From a bacterium (lineage in GTDB: Bacteria; UBA8248), in the NCBI GenBank assembly GCA_965221165.1, contig CBDCRP010000002.1, positions 256,001 to 320,000 of the forward strand: a stretch of 64,000 bases of DNA, read 5' to 3'. Made by a program: the position numbers and the translations under genes. Below the pieces are notes generated by a model that saw only the letters and a list, made by a program, of their open reading frames with translations, was not told the origin of the DNA and searched no databases. Positions 33,465-43,443 of this stretch are shown here, piece after piece (the first letter of the stretch is position 1; each line of letters opens with the position of its first letter).

Positions 33465-33809
33465 ATGACATCTTGCGTTTTTTGCAAAATCGTGGCGGGC
33501 GACATCCCCTGCAAGAAAGTATATGAAGATAACGATCTATTTGCTTTTGAAGATGTCAACCCGGCGGCACCTACACATGTTCTCATCATCCCGAAAAAAC
33601 ATATGGAGACGCTCCACGAAATACAGGATGCACATAAAGAATTGATTGGTTCCATATTCGTTGTGGCGAATGAAATCGCCCGGAAAAAGGGAATAGCGCA
33701 AGAGGGTTTCCGAATCGTCGCCAATTGCGGCGAAAACGGAGGTCAAACCGTCTTCCACATTCACTATCACCTCTTGGGCGGACGCCAGATGCAATGGCCG
33801 CCAGGCTAG
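33465..33809 (+). CDS. hinT: HIT family nucleotide-binding protein
   Basis: CVFCKIV, PTHVLIIPKKH, GQTVFHIHYHLLGGR; GGAG RBS. Confidence 0.92.
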   Translation: MTSCVFCKIVAGDIPCKKVYEDNDLFAFEDVNPAAPTHVLIIPKKHMETLHEIQDAHKELIGSIFVVANEIARKKGIAQEGFRIVANCGENGGQTVFHIHYHLLGGRQMQWPPG

Positions 33810-33819
33810 AGACGGCATC

Positions 33820-34689
33820 GTGAGCGAAATTGTTTACCTGAACTACACGGCCGAGCAACTCGGTGCGCTTTACGATAACCAAAAACTCGTTCCAGAATAT
33901 CCGGATATAACGGCTGATTGGAAAACCAAGAGCGAAGCATATCGCAAAAACGCCCACGAAGCCGTACTCGACATCCCTTTTGGTCCTTCCGAGGTCGAAA
34001 AACTCGATTTATTCTTGCCGGATGTGAAAAATCCGCCCCTTCACGTCTTCATCCATGGGGGATATTGGCAATGGAACTACAAGGAGCCCTACAGCTTTCT
34101 GTCCAAATCCTTCAACGAAGCGGGAATCGCTTGCGCTATTATGAACTATGCTCTTTGCCCGGATGTGAGCATGGCCGAACTCATTCGGCAAGTCCGCGCA
34201 TCCATCGCTTTTCTGTGGCGTGAAGCCGTTTCATACGGCTACGATGCCGAGCGTATTCAAGTCTCGGGAAACTCGGCAGGCGGGCACCTCACCGCCATGA
34301 TGGCCGCCACCGATTGGCCGGCATTTGAAAAAGGACTTCCCGCCCAACTCATCAAAAGCGTCATCGCCATCAGCGGCTTGTATAATCTAGAGCCTTTCAG
34401 ACATTTTTACATTGGAGACCCCCTAAAGCTCACGCCTTCTGATGTCGCTTGGATGAGTCCGATTCATCTGACCTGCCAACCATCGGTCAAAACGATTCTC
34501 ACCTACGGGGGCAATGAGTCTTCAGAATTCAAAAGACAGGCGGAAACCCTGGGGGCAATATGGCGAGGTCAAGGCGTTGACCTGGAAGTTCTGGAAATTC
34601 CAGACAAAAATCATTTCACGATTCTCGCCGAACTTGCCGAGCCGGAGGGCGCCTTGTTCACTCTCGCTACAAAATTCCTGCTCTCATAG
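33820..34689 (+). CDS. Alpha/beta hydrolase, arylformamidase-like
   Basis: FIHGGYWQ, GNSAGGHL, ISGLYNL, NHF. Confidence 0.85.
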   Translation: MSEIVYLNYTAEQLGALYDNQKLVPEYPDITADWKTKSEAYRKNAHEAVLDIPFGPSEVEKLDLFLPDVKNPPLHVFIHGGYWQWNYKEPYSFLSKSFNEAGIACAIMNYALCPDVSMAELIRQVRASIAFLWREAVSYGYDAERIQVSGNSAGGHLTAMMAATDWPAFEKGLPAQLIKSVIAISGLYNLEPFRHFYIGDPLKLTPSDVAWMSPIHLTCQPSVKTILTYGGNESSEFKRQAETLGAIWRGQGVDLEVLEIPDKNHFTILAELAEPEGALFTLATKFLLS

Positions 34690-34692
34690 AAT

Positions 34693-35316
34693 CTACATCA
34701 CCCGGAAACGCCGCTCCATGGCGCGGCTCCATTTACTCGCGTGGTCATCATCAAACAAAATATCTTGATCCGCAGGAGCCGTGTACCAATCCCCGCGCCT
34801 CATCTCGCGTTCTAGTTGTCCAGCACCCCAGCCGGCATAGCCCACCATGATTATCATTTTCTTGGGCCGCCTGCCTTGAGCGATGGCACTGAGCGCCACA
34901 TCCACCGGGCTGAGCGCCACATTTTCTCCCAATTCATAGAGCACATCGAGCTCATACTCTCGCGTATGGAGCACGAAGCCGGAATCGGGCGAGACGGGCC
35001 CACCGTAGTGAATATCCACCACGCTCGTGTCTCGAGGAGCTTTTATGCCAAAATTCCTATAAAGTACTGCGAGCGGCATTTTCTCCACGACGCGGTTCAG
35101 TATCAGCCCGAATGCCCCCCTTTCGCTGTGTTTCACCAGAAAAATGACGCTCTGGCGAAACCGTCCGTCCGGCATCCCCGGGCGCGCGACCAATAGCTTG
35201 CCCTGGTGATAGCCAAACAGCGGGAGGTACGCCCCTTCCGGGTTCTTGTCCCGCTCCTGGGCGAACGCGGGCACGGCGAAAAACAACAACAGCGCAACGA
35301 GAAAGGTTCGCTTCAT
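34693..35316 (-). CDS. YqgE/AlgH family protein with N-terminal signal peptide
   Basis: GAFGLILNR, GGPV, GFVLH, GYAGWGAGQLEREM..W. Confidence 0.9.
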   Translation of the reverse strand: MKRTFLVALLLFFAVPAFAQERDKNPEGAYLPLFGYHQGKLLVARPGMPDGRFRQSVIFLVKHSERGAFGLILNRVVEKMPLAVLYRNFGIKAPRDTSVVDIHYGGPVSPDSGFVLHTREYELDVLYELGENVALSPVDVALSAIAQGRRPKKMIIMVGYAGWGAGQLEREMRRGDWYTAPADQDILFDDDHASKWSRAMERRFRVM

Positions 35317-35317
35317 G

Positions 35318-36379
35318 CTAGGCCACCCAACCGCCGCCACAGAGCACGTCACCAGAGTAGAAAACAGCCGCCTGCCCCGGCGCCACGGCGCCTAGATATC
35401 CAGGGTCATCGGGCCTGACTTCGACGCTTCCATCATCTTTTATCGTCACGGCGCAGGCGGACGCGCGGCCGCGATGCCTCACCTGCACCTGCAAAGAAGT
35501 GGATTCGGGGGGAATCGACCAGCGTACGTCCCGGGCGAAGAAAACCTCGCGCGAGAGAGATTCGCGCTTGCCCACCACGACGGTGGCCGAATCCGATTCG
35601 AGTTCCACCACGTAGCGCGGCGGACCGCCTCCCAAGTCGAGACCCCGCCTTTGCCCCACGGTAAAATTGGTCACCCCCCCATGCCTGCCCAGTACGTTGC
35701 CCTCTAAATCCACGATATCTCCCGGCCTGTCGATGCCGGGCTTCTCCCGCCTCAGGAAAGCGCGGTAATCATCCTTAGGCACGAAGCAAATCTCCTGGCT
35801 TTCGGGTTTTTCCGAGGTGGCGAGGCCCAAGCCTCTCGCGTATTCCCTGGTTTGCTCTTTCGTGAATTCCCCCAGCGGGAAGGCCGTGCGCGCGAGTTGT
35901 GCCTGCGTCATGCCGAAGAGGAAATAGGTCTGGTCCTTTTCCCTGTCAAAGCTTCTCGCGACGCTCAGGCGGCCATCGAGCTCCACCCGCCTGGCGTAAT
36001 GGCCGGTGACGAGCAACTCCGCGCCGAACGCCATGGCGCGCTCGGCCAGATAGTCGAACTTCACCACCTGGTTGCACTTGACGCACGGCACGGGCGTTCT
36101 GCCGTTTTCATACTCGGTGATGAAATCGTCGATCACGCTCTCTTTGAAGGATTCGCGCACGTCCATCACGTAGAAGGGAATGTCGAGCTGGGCCGCCACC
36201 GCGCGCGCATCGGCCAGGTCGCGCGGCGCGCAACAGCCCCGGTGGAACGACTCCTGCTCGGGCCTGTCGGCGAGGCGCAGCCCCACGCCGATGGTCTCAT
36301 AACCCCCCTCGACCATCAGGGCCGCGGCCACCGAACTATCGACCCCGCCGCTCATCGCCACCACCACGCGCTGCGCCAT
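35318..36379 (-). CDS. mnmA: tRNA-specific 2-thiouridylase
   Basis: AMSGGVDSS, TPVPCVKCN, TGHYA, KDQTYFL, ESQEICF, TVGQRRGL, PGQAAVFY. Confidence 0.97.
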   Translation of the reverse strand: MAQRVVVAMSGGVDSSVAAALMVEGGYETIGVGLRLADRPEQESFHRGCCAPRDLADARAVAAQLDIPFYVMDVRESFKESVIDDFITEYENGRTPVPCVKCNQVVKFDYLAERAMAFGAELLVTGHYARRVELDGRLSVARSFDREKDQTYFLFGMTQAQLARTAFPLGEFTKEQTREYARGLGLATSEKPESQEICFVPKDDYRAFLRREKPGIDRPGDIVDLEGNVLGRHGGVTNFTVGQRRGLDLGGGPPRYVVELESDSATVVVGKRESLSREVFFARDVRWSIPPESTSLQVQVRHRGRASACAVTIKDDGSVEVRPDDPGYLGAVAPGQAAVFYSGDVLCGGGWVA

Positions 36380-36630
36380 CACCGCCTCCAAAGGAGTCCA
36401 CCCAAAGTCGGGGCACTTTATACACCACCGGCTTCTTCCAAGGCCACAAGGCGAGCGGACACATGCGGAGAGGACGTCCGGGAGGGTCGGGACTCGAATC
36501 GTGTAAATGCGGGGAAATGCGCGGCGTAAAAAATTCTTTTTATATCTGAAATATTCTACTTTATTACTTTATATATATTCTATAAACATATGAAATATAT
36601 AGTAATAACACTTTCTTATCACCCTATTTA

Positions 36631-36680
36631 TTTTTCAGATATTTTCAGATATTTTTCCCTTTTTTCAGATATTTTCACAT
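36631..36680 (-). repeat. AT-rich array of 10-bp phased units (ATCTGAAAAW), inverted relative to the 13.1 kb array
   Basis: tttttcagat attttcagat atttttccct tttttcagat attttcacat. Confidence 0.7.
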
Positions 36681-36923
36681 ATTCGAAATCGGGGGCTTTT
36701 ATCGCAATTCCAGGGGTTTTCATCGCTCCAACGCCTCTGTCTCCATCAAAGCGGCTCCAAAAGATTCTATTGCGCCACCGGGCGCGCCCGCATGAAAAAG
36801 GCTGCCGTTTTCTCCGGAGAAATTCTCGCGCATCCCCAGGCAGGCGGGATAGCGGCAGATGCGGGCAAATGCGTCACTCCTGCCGATTGATTTCGCCGGA
36901 ATGACGGGGGAGACCTCGAAAAA

Positions 36924-36976
36924 GTAGGGGCGGTTCGCGAATTGTGGGGCGACCCCGAGGAGGGGCCTGCCCCTAC
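36924..36976. repeat. GTAG-type REP-like palindrome
   Basis: gtaggggcgg...ctgcccctac terminal stem. Confidence 0.65.
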
Positions 36977-37041
36977 GGACTTTCGCTTTCATGAGCGCCT
37001 TGTGCAGGGCTTTCAGACTGGCTTTATGTATTTCTAGTAAC

Positions 37042-39507
37042 CTAGCCAGAGGCTGCGCGCGCTACTTTCCGTGCCTCATCACGGGGCATCGACGCGCCCA
37101 AGTCCAACCAGTGGATGACGTTGTAGTAGCGAAATTTATCTCCCCCGGCGTATTTATGAAGAGTCGACTTGATCTGCTTTTTCGAGAATGTCCGAACAAC
37201 CTTGATTGAGGCCGCCTTGCGAACATCTTCCGAATCACGATCCAAGAGCCGAAGCAAAGCATCCTGCGAGATTTTTGAGAACCTTGACTCTGCGCATTGC
37301 TCAATCGTTTTCTTCAAAATGCTTGCGGGCATTTCAAGAGCAAATAGCTTTGAAACCGAGTATCCGCGACCCATACGAAGCACAGCTTTCGCCACTTCGT
37401 CCTGGAAATCCCCATAATTCGCTAGTATTGACCCACCAAGGTTCGGAGCATCAGCATTCACAAGCAGTGGAATGTCTGCCCACTCTCCATGTTTTCCCAG
37501 GTACTCGGCATCCGCCTTGGATGTTCCTGAGTAACCACTCTGGAGATTCTCTCTGACTCTCGCCAAGTCTTCGCGTTTACCCGCTCTACAAAGAATGTCC
37601 AGTCCTTGTCTAGTGAGCTTCTTTCGGTGATAGTCCTCCAAGTCTTTGGTGGCGGAACTATCGCCAATGGCTATTTCCCAGCGCCGGATTCGCTCTTCGA
37701 AATATGCACTGAAGGTATCGCCAACGTCGCGGCGAAGCTCTTCGGCGTGTTTGGCGAAGTATCTTTCCACCCGTGCAAAGTAGGGAGCATCATCGAACAT
37801 GTGAGCGGCTTCAACTCTCCTAGTGAGTTCCGCCTCCGGGTACTTTTTTAGTTCCTCCAACTGGTAACGCGCAAAAAGTTCCTCACCCCTCTTATCCGAC
37901 ATTCCTCCCAAAAGACCATAGCTAGGATATTTCTGGGGTGGAACCAAGATTTTCTTAACTTCTTCTTGGGTCAATAGTCTGCCGAGTTTCAAAAGTGTCG
38001 CGATAGCCTCATTGCGTACCAAAGCGTCACTGTCCTCAAACAATCGCTCGGCCATCTCGTGATTGAACGAACCTCGCTTACTCAACACTTTTACTGCCCG
38101 CAGCCGGACCTGAGCATTACGGTGCTTCAGCCCAAGCAGCAGTGCTTCGGTCTCCAAATCCTCGAATCCATCCAGAACTGCTCGCAGCGTATCATCGCCC
38201 AGCGATTCGAACTGTGACTCAAGAACCAACTGTTGCGCCGAGTTCTCTTGGCCAGTCATAAGCAAAATTTCGATCATACACTTAAGTGTTTGACGGGATG
38301 TCTCATGATCGCTTCTTTCATATTCCTTCTTTACAACAGCAAAGTCATCCGCCGTTCCCTTTTTCGCGAGATACTCTAGAGCAGCAGATTTTACACGCGC
38401 CGATGAATCTTCCGAAAACCAATCATCTAAGACCCCCAGTCTCGTTATGAATTCACTATCCGTTGGAAGTTCACGCCCTAGTGCGGTAAACACATTAATC
38501 GCTCCAACCTTCTCATTTTCGTTGGCGCCTCTTAACGATGAGATAAGGGCTACGTCTAGCCGAGAATTTGACAGGCCGGAGTACCAACACCAAAGTGGCA
38601 CGTTCTCGTTCCTGAAATGCTGGAAACCCAACTTAGCTAAGCAATAGATTTCTCTCCTTCCTAGCGTCACACCTTCGGCGCACGCCGAGAAAAGGAGATT
38701 GATGTCGTGGACACCCAAATCCATCTCTTCATTACCTGATTTTGATACTGAATTCGCCAGCAAGCGAAACCGAGCGATTTCAGACGCATCGAGATCGTCC
38801 AACGCATTTTCTTGGCCGATTCTCTCAACGAAATTTTTGAGAAACGCAAATCCTTCATCCGAGAGAGGAGAGGATTTGGAAGGCGTCTCCTCGCTATCTG
38901 TTTCCTGAGGCCCGGGCTCCGTACGTTTTGCTCGATCTTCATCGCTTTCGGAAGATGCGTCTGCTGCCTTGATTCGTTGCACGTATTTTGTAATACATTT
39001 CCGTGCCAAATTTTCCATGTCCCGTACTGTAGAAAAGTTCTTAAAAAGAACCTTTTTCTCTTCCTCTATCTTTTCTCGAAACTCTAGAACTCTCTTGAGG
39101 TCTTCTCCGGGATCTGCCCTTAAGTCCTCAGAAATCTCCTTAAAATAGAGAGAAATTTCGGGAACCTCACTCCGACTCCGTTCGCGTCTGGCTAGTGACC
39201 GCTCGAACTCTTCTTCGAACCCCGAGGTGTATTCACCATCTTGACTCGGTGGTGTTCCCCATCTCTTCCAGATCATTCCTATGAAAAGAGCACACCGATC
39301 GACATCTTGGTTGATCAGATGCTGCGGCCTTCCAAATCCAGCGACAGTGTCTTCCCATCCATCCAATTCGAGTTGATAGCATAAATCATCTGCCCAAGAC
39401 TCGTTAAATTCAGCAACCACGTCGCGGACAGCTTTTCGCTCTTCTTGCAGATCGCCCGGAGAAGCAAGAAAAACACGGAGAATTTTTCGAGTATTAGCAC
39501 TAGACAT
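37042..39507 (-). CDS. DUF4062 domain + HEAT-repeat protein (candidate defence protein)
   Basis: RVFLASPGDLQEER, FIGMIWKRWGTP, SGFEEEF (DUF4062-like); LKHRNAQVRLRAV, FEDSDALVRNEAI, LDRDSEDVRKAA HEAT-like repeats; lower GC than flanks. Confidence 0.8.
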   Translation of the reverse strand: MSSANTRKILRVFLASPGDLQEERKAVRDVVAEFNESWADDLCYQLELDGWEDTVAGFGRPQHLINQDVDRCALFIGMIWKRWGTPPSQDGEYTSGFEEEFERSLARRERSRSEVPEISLYFKEISEDLRADPGEDLKRVLEFREKIEEEKKVLFKNFSTVRDMENLARKCITKYVQRIKAADASSESDEDRAKRTEPGPQETDSEETPSKSSPLSDEGFAFLKNFVERIGQENALDDLDASEIARFRLLANSVSKSGNEEMDLGVHDINLLFSACAEGVTLGRREIYCLAKLGFQHFRNENVPLWCWYSGLSNSRLDVALISSLRGANENEKVGAINVFTALGRELPTDSEFITRLGVLDDWFSEDSSARVKSAALEYLAKKGTADDFAVVKKEYERSDHETSRQTLKCMIEILLMTGQENSAQQLVLESQFESLGDDTLRAVLDGFEDLETEALLLGLKHRNAQVRLRAVKVLSKRGSFNHEMAERLFEDSDALVRNEAIATLLKLGRLLTQEEVKKILVPPQKYPSYGLLGGMSDKRGEELFARYQLEELKKYPEAELTRRVEAAHMFDDAPYFARVERYFAKHAEELRRDVGDTFSAYFEERIRRWEIAIGDSSATKDLEDYHRKKLTRQGLDILCRAGKREDLARVRENLQSGYSGTSKADAEYLGKHGEWADIPLLVNADAPNLGGSILANYGDFQDEVAKAVLRMGRGYSVSKLFALEMPASILKKTIEQCAESRFSKISQDALLRLLDRDSEDVRKAASIKVVRTFSKKQIKSTLHKYAGGDKFRYYNVIHWLDLGASMPRDEARKVARAASG

Positions 39508-39964
39508 ACTTGGATACCGAAACTAGGTAGTTACAGGAACACGTCGTGAATACAGATAGTGAAAGTAACTCGCATCTCTTAGTGTAGGCGCGAGTAGTTG
39601 GTGGAGCGAGACAGAAGACGTTACCATTAGGTGAGAACGACTTGGGGACGATGTTCGACATGGTAATGAGTTGGTTTCCGTAGCAAGTCGGGCGATTCAA
39701 GAATTTCCAAACTGGGTAGCAAAGGTAACATAGTTCCTTTGCTATGAGGAAGCAGCGACAAACCAAAAGCCTACCCCCCATCCCCTACCCGCTCAGCTTT
39801 CGGTAGGTTCCCGTCCCCCGGAAAGGGGAATCGAGCTTCACGCCCTCTACAAGGGTTTTGCCTTTGGAATCTTTTGCGGCTGGGTCGGCGCCGGTGTCGA
39901 GGAGGGCTTCGTCTTTCGCCGCCGCATAGTGAAGCGAAGTGCGCTCCCCCCACCATTCCCGCCC

Positions 39965-41335
39965 CTATGACAGCATGGCGGTGAGGGGTATGAGGTCGTC
40001 CGCCTCATCGAGGCGCCACCAGGCGTCCCAGGCGGCGCGGGCCTTTTCATCGGAGAGGCCGGCGCATTCCAGAAACTTTTCCTTGAGTTCAATCTCGGTG
40101 AGTGGATTTTCGATGTGTCCGCGCGCGCGGGGGAAAAAGCGGGTGAGTTCGCGGCCGTCTTTCAGTTTCACCCATACCCCGGCCGCCTCGGTTTCGGGAT
40201 CCTCGCGCGCCATTTCCTCATCCAACTCGAACGCAACGCGCTTCTGTAAAGCGGCTATCTCGGGCCGCGCGACGCTCGCTTCCTCGAACTGGCGGATGCC
40301 GACCTTGCGGTCCACCAGGGCCGAGGCCAGACAAAACGGCATGGAGAATTTTCCTTCCAGGCTCGTGGTCGCCTCCTTGTAGCGCAGCACTTTCAGCGTC
40401 ATGGTCGATGCGCGCGCGCCCAGGGCCGCCACGTCGGTGACCGCGATGTCCTCGCTCGTCACCAGATCGAGCATGGCGTCGATTCCGGGATGCGTCATGG
40501 CGCAGCAAGGGTGGATTTTCACGCAAACGCCCTCTTCGATGTCCCAGGGCTGCCCCCAGGCGCCGACCGCGCTCTCCCAGTCCGCGAATTCATGCGCGGC
40601 GGGTCCGATGCCCTCCGCCGCCAGCGCCGCCGTGAAGCCTGTTTCCAGCGTATCCTCAGCCGCCGTGAAGCCGCCCTCGGCCAGCTTGGCGGCGACGAGA
40701 CCCGCCCGCGCGGACTGGCCCGCGTGAAAAGGCTTGGTCATCGTGCCGAAGTTCGAGACCAGCCCCGCCGAGCCGCTCGCGCCCAGGCTCAAGGCGTTTA
40801 CTGTCTGATCCTCATCCAGACCCAGGAGATACGCGCAGGCGCCCGCCACGCCGACCGAGCCGAGCGTGGCCGTGGCGTGAAAGCCCCGGCGGTAGTGTCT
40901 GGGGTTCACCGCGCGGCCCATGACGTGTAAAAGCTCGAAACCGATGGTGTAGGCTTCGAGAACCTTGGAACCCCCGATTCCCCTCTCTTCCGCCAGCGCG
41001 ATGAGCGCAGGCACGAGAGTGACGCTCGGGTGGCCCAGCATCACGAAATCCACGTCGTCGTAATCGAGCGCATGGCCCGCCGTGCCGTTCACGAAGGCGG
41101 CCCAGGAGGCGCTCGTCCGCTCGGTAGAGCCGATGATGCGGGCGACGGGAGCGCCGCCTTCCGAGACCGCCAGCCGATGCGCCAGCCGCGCGCAATCATC
41201 TCCCCGGCCCGCCAGAATCACGCCCAAAGTGTCGAGCACGGCGTTTCTCGCCTGCGCGCGCGCGGCAGCGCCGATGTCGGAGGAACGGGCCGCCGCGATT
41301 CTCTTCGCCAGTTCTCTGGTGGCCGGGTAGGTCAT
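39965..41335 (-). CDS. MmgE/PrpD family protein
   Basis: NGTAGHALDYDD, GHPS, GFHAT, TMTKPFHAG, KIHPCC, EGKFS. Confidence 0.92.
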   Translation of the reverse strand: MTYPATRELAKRIAAARSSDIGAAARAQARNAVLDTLGVILAGRGDDCARLAHRLAVSEGGAPVARIIGSTERTSASWAAFVNGTAGHALDYDDVDFVMLGHPSVTLVPALIALAEERGIGGSKVLEAYTIGFELLHVMGRAVNPRHYRRGFHATATLGSVGVAGACAYLLGLDEDQTVNALSLGASGSAGLVSNFGTMTKPFHAGQSARAGLVAAKLAEGGFTAAEDTLETGFTAALAAEGIGPAAHEFADWESAVGAWGQPWDIEEGVCVKIHPCCAMTHPGIDAMLDLVTSEDIAVTDVAALGARASTMTLKVLRYKEATTSLEGKFSMPFCLASALVDRKVGIRQFEEASVARPEIAALQKRVAFELDEEMAREDPETEAAGVWVKLKDGRELTRFFPRARGHIENPLTEIELKEKFLECAGLSDEKARAAWDAWWRLDEADDLIPLTAMLS

Positions 41336-41424
41336 GGAGGAAATCTCCTTGCGTGCGGGTGAACCCCGAGATGCAAACAAATACATAGGGGCGACCCCCG
41401 AAGAGGGCCGCCCCCGATTTTACG

Positions 41425-43059
41425 TCAGATGCCGCGCGGACGTTCGGGAACCGCTTTCGCCTTTCGCCCCCTGCCTGCGGGTTGTCGCATATTCACGGCG
41501 AGCCTGAACTTGTTCACCGCGTTCACGAAGGCCTTTGCGCCCGCCTCCACGGTATCGGGACTCGTGGCGTGGCCGGCTATCTGCAGGTCGCCGTCGAACT
41601 CGACCATCATGTTCACCTCGGCGAGCGCGTCGCGCCCCCGGGTGACGGCGTTGACCGAAAAATCCGCCAGACGGCATTCGATGCCCACGACCCGGCAGAT
41701 GGCGTTGATGGCCGCATCCACGGGGCCGTTGCCCTGGCTCACGTCGGAGTATTCATCCTCGCCCTGCCTGAGCCGCACCGTGGCCGTGGAGGCCGGCTGC
41801 GTGCCCGTGGAGGACGTGACCTGCAGGAATTCGAGGTTGTAGTAGTTCTCCCCGCCCTCGGCGCGGTTTTGCTGCAACAGCGCAATCAAATCCTCGTCGT
41901 AGACCTCTTTTTTCTTGTCCGCCAGGTCGATGAAGCGCGGGTAGATGGCCGTGATGTCCTCGCGCGTCATCTTGAAGCCCAACTGCTCGTAGCGCTTCCT
42001 CAGGCCCGCGCGGCCCGAGTGCTTGCCGAGTACGAGCGTGTTCGAGGGCCGGCCCACGGACTTGGGCGTCATGATCTCATAGGTGATCGCCTTCGATATC
42101 ACCCCGTGCTGGTGGATGCCCGCCTCGTGCGCGAAGGCGTTCTTGCCCACCACCGCCTTGTTGGGCTGCACGGGCACGCCCGTCATGGAGGTCAGGAGCC
42201 TGCTCGTGGGGTAGATCTCGCGCGTCTTGACCCCCGATTTGTAGTTGAGCTCATCCGTTCGGGTGGAGATGGCCATCACGAACTCCTCGAGCGAGGCGTT
42301 GCCCGCCCGCTCGCCGATGCCGTTGATGGTGCACTCCACCTGCCGCACGCCGGATTCGATGGCCACGATGCTGTTCGCCACCGCGAGGCCCAAATCGTCG
42401 TGGCAGTGCGCGCTGAATACCACGTCGTCATAGCTCGGCACTTTTTCGAAAATATGCTCCCAGAAGCGCTTGAACTCGCTCGGGATGATGTAGCCCACCG
42501 TGTCGGGGAGGTTGATGGTGGTCGCCCCCTCCTCGATGGCGATCTTCACCGTCTCGGCCAGGAAATCCCAGTCCGAGCGCGTGGCGTCCTCCGCACTCCA
42601 CTCCACGTCCTTGCAGAGTTTTCTCGCATGGCGCACCGAGGCGGCGATCTCTTTTAAGAGCGCCGCGCGCGTCATCCTGAGCTTGTGCTTCAGGTGAATG
42701 TCCGACGTCGCGATGAAGGTGTGGATTCTGGGCTTTTTCGCGTGACGCACCGCCTCCCAGCAGCGGTCGATGTCCTCGCGCGCCGAGCGCGAAAGACCGG
42801 CGACGATAGTCTTGCTCACCGCCTTGGCCACGTCGCGCACCGATTCGAACTCATCGTTCGACGCGATGGGAAAACCTGCTTCTATGACGTCCACGCCCAG
42901 CTTTTCGAGCTGAACCGCCATCTGCGCCTTCTGGAAACGGTCCATGCTGCAACCGGGCGATTGCTCCCCGTCTCTGAGCGTGGTGTCGAAAATACGGATC
43001 CGGTTCGAGGCCCTGCCTCTGGATGGTTTCTGTCGTACCGTCGTGGCTTCTCTCGCCAT
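41425..43059 (-). CDS. leuA: 2-isopropylmalate synthase
   Basis: FDTTLRDGEQSPG, HCHDDLG, GIGERAGN, HEAGIHQHG, LGKHSGR, GNGPVDA regulatory domain. Confidence 0.96.
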   Translation of the reverse strand: MAREATTVRQKPSRGRASNRIRIFDTTLRDGEQSPGCSMDRFQKAQMAVQLEKLGVDVIEAGFPIASNDEFESVRDVAKAVSKTIVAGLSRSAREDIDRCWEAVRHAKKPRIHTFIATSDIHLKHKLRMTRAALLKEIAASVRHARKLCKDVEWSAEDATRSDWDFLAETVKIAIEEGATTINLPDTVGYIIPSEFKRFWEHIFEKVPSYDDVVFSAHCHDDLGLAVANSIVAIESGVRQVECTINGIGERAGNASLEEFVMAISTRTDELNYKSGVKTREIYPTSRLLTSMTGVPVQPNKAVVGKNAFAHEAGIHQHGVISKAITYEIMTPKSVGRPSNTLVLGKHSGRAGLRKRYEQLGFKMTREDITAIYPRFIDLADKKKEVYDEDLIALLQQNRAEGGENYYNLEFLQVTSSTGTQPASTATVRLRQGEDEYSDVSQGNGPVDAAINAICRVVGIECRLADFSVNAVTRGRDALAEVNMMVEFDGDLQIAGHATSPDTVEAGAKAFVNAVNKFRLAVNMRQPAGRGRKAKAVPERPRGI

Positions 43060-43443
43060 GGGTTTAAGGCTCCTTAGGAATTTTCCGGTGTATGTGCGCC
43101 TTGGGCGGAGCGCCTGATTTTAGTTGGCGGATGGGCGCTTGCGCGCAAGACGGGTGAACGCGCTGGTTTCCTAAGAAGCCAGTGGATGGCGGGGCGTCTT
43201 GAACACGCCCCAGGACCTCCTGCGATCCCGATGTGTCATCGAATCAAAACTCCATATCGTTCAATCGAGCGCGAGGACTTATGCTCAACAGGCGACGCCG
43301 GGCAACAAATCCTCTTAAAAACAACGACTATCTCCCTTATCCGCCAAGCGGGCGTTCAGGTCAAGTCTCCTTTTTCGTTTTTCCCCGGTTTTGCGAATCA
43401 ACCTCCCTCAAGTTCCGGCTCAAGCGCGTATGAAACGCCGGCC

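Noticed and set aside
36480-36500. GATTCGAGTCCC on the minus strand resembling a tRNA T-arm or attachment-site remnant
   Set aside because: No cloverleaf, acceptor stem or CCA can be built, and the TTC context is imperfect
39500-39781. 93-aa minus-strand ORF and a short plus-strand frame (ERLGDDVRHGNELVSVASRAIQEFPNWVAKVT) upstream of the DUF4062 gene
   Set aside because: No RBS or recognisable motif; may be a decayed gene but cannot be supported
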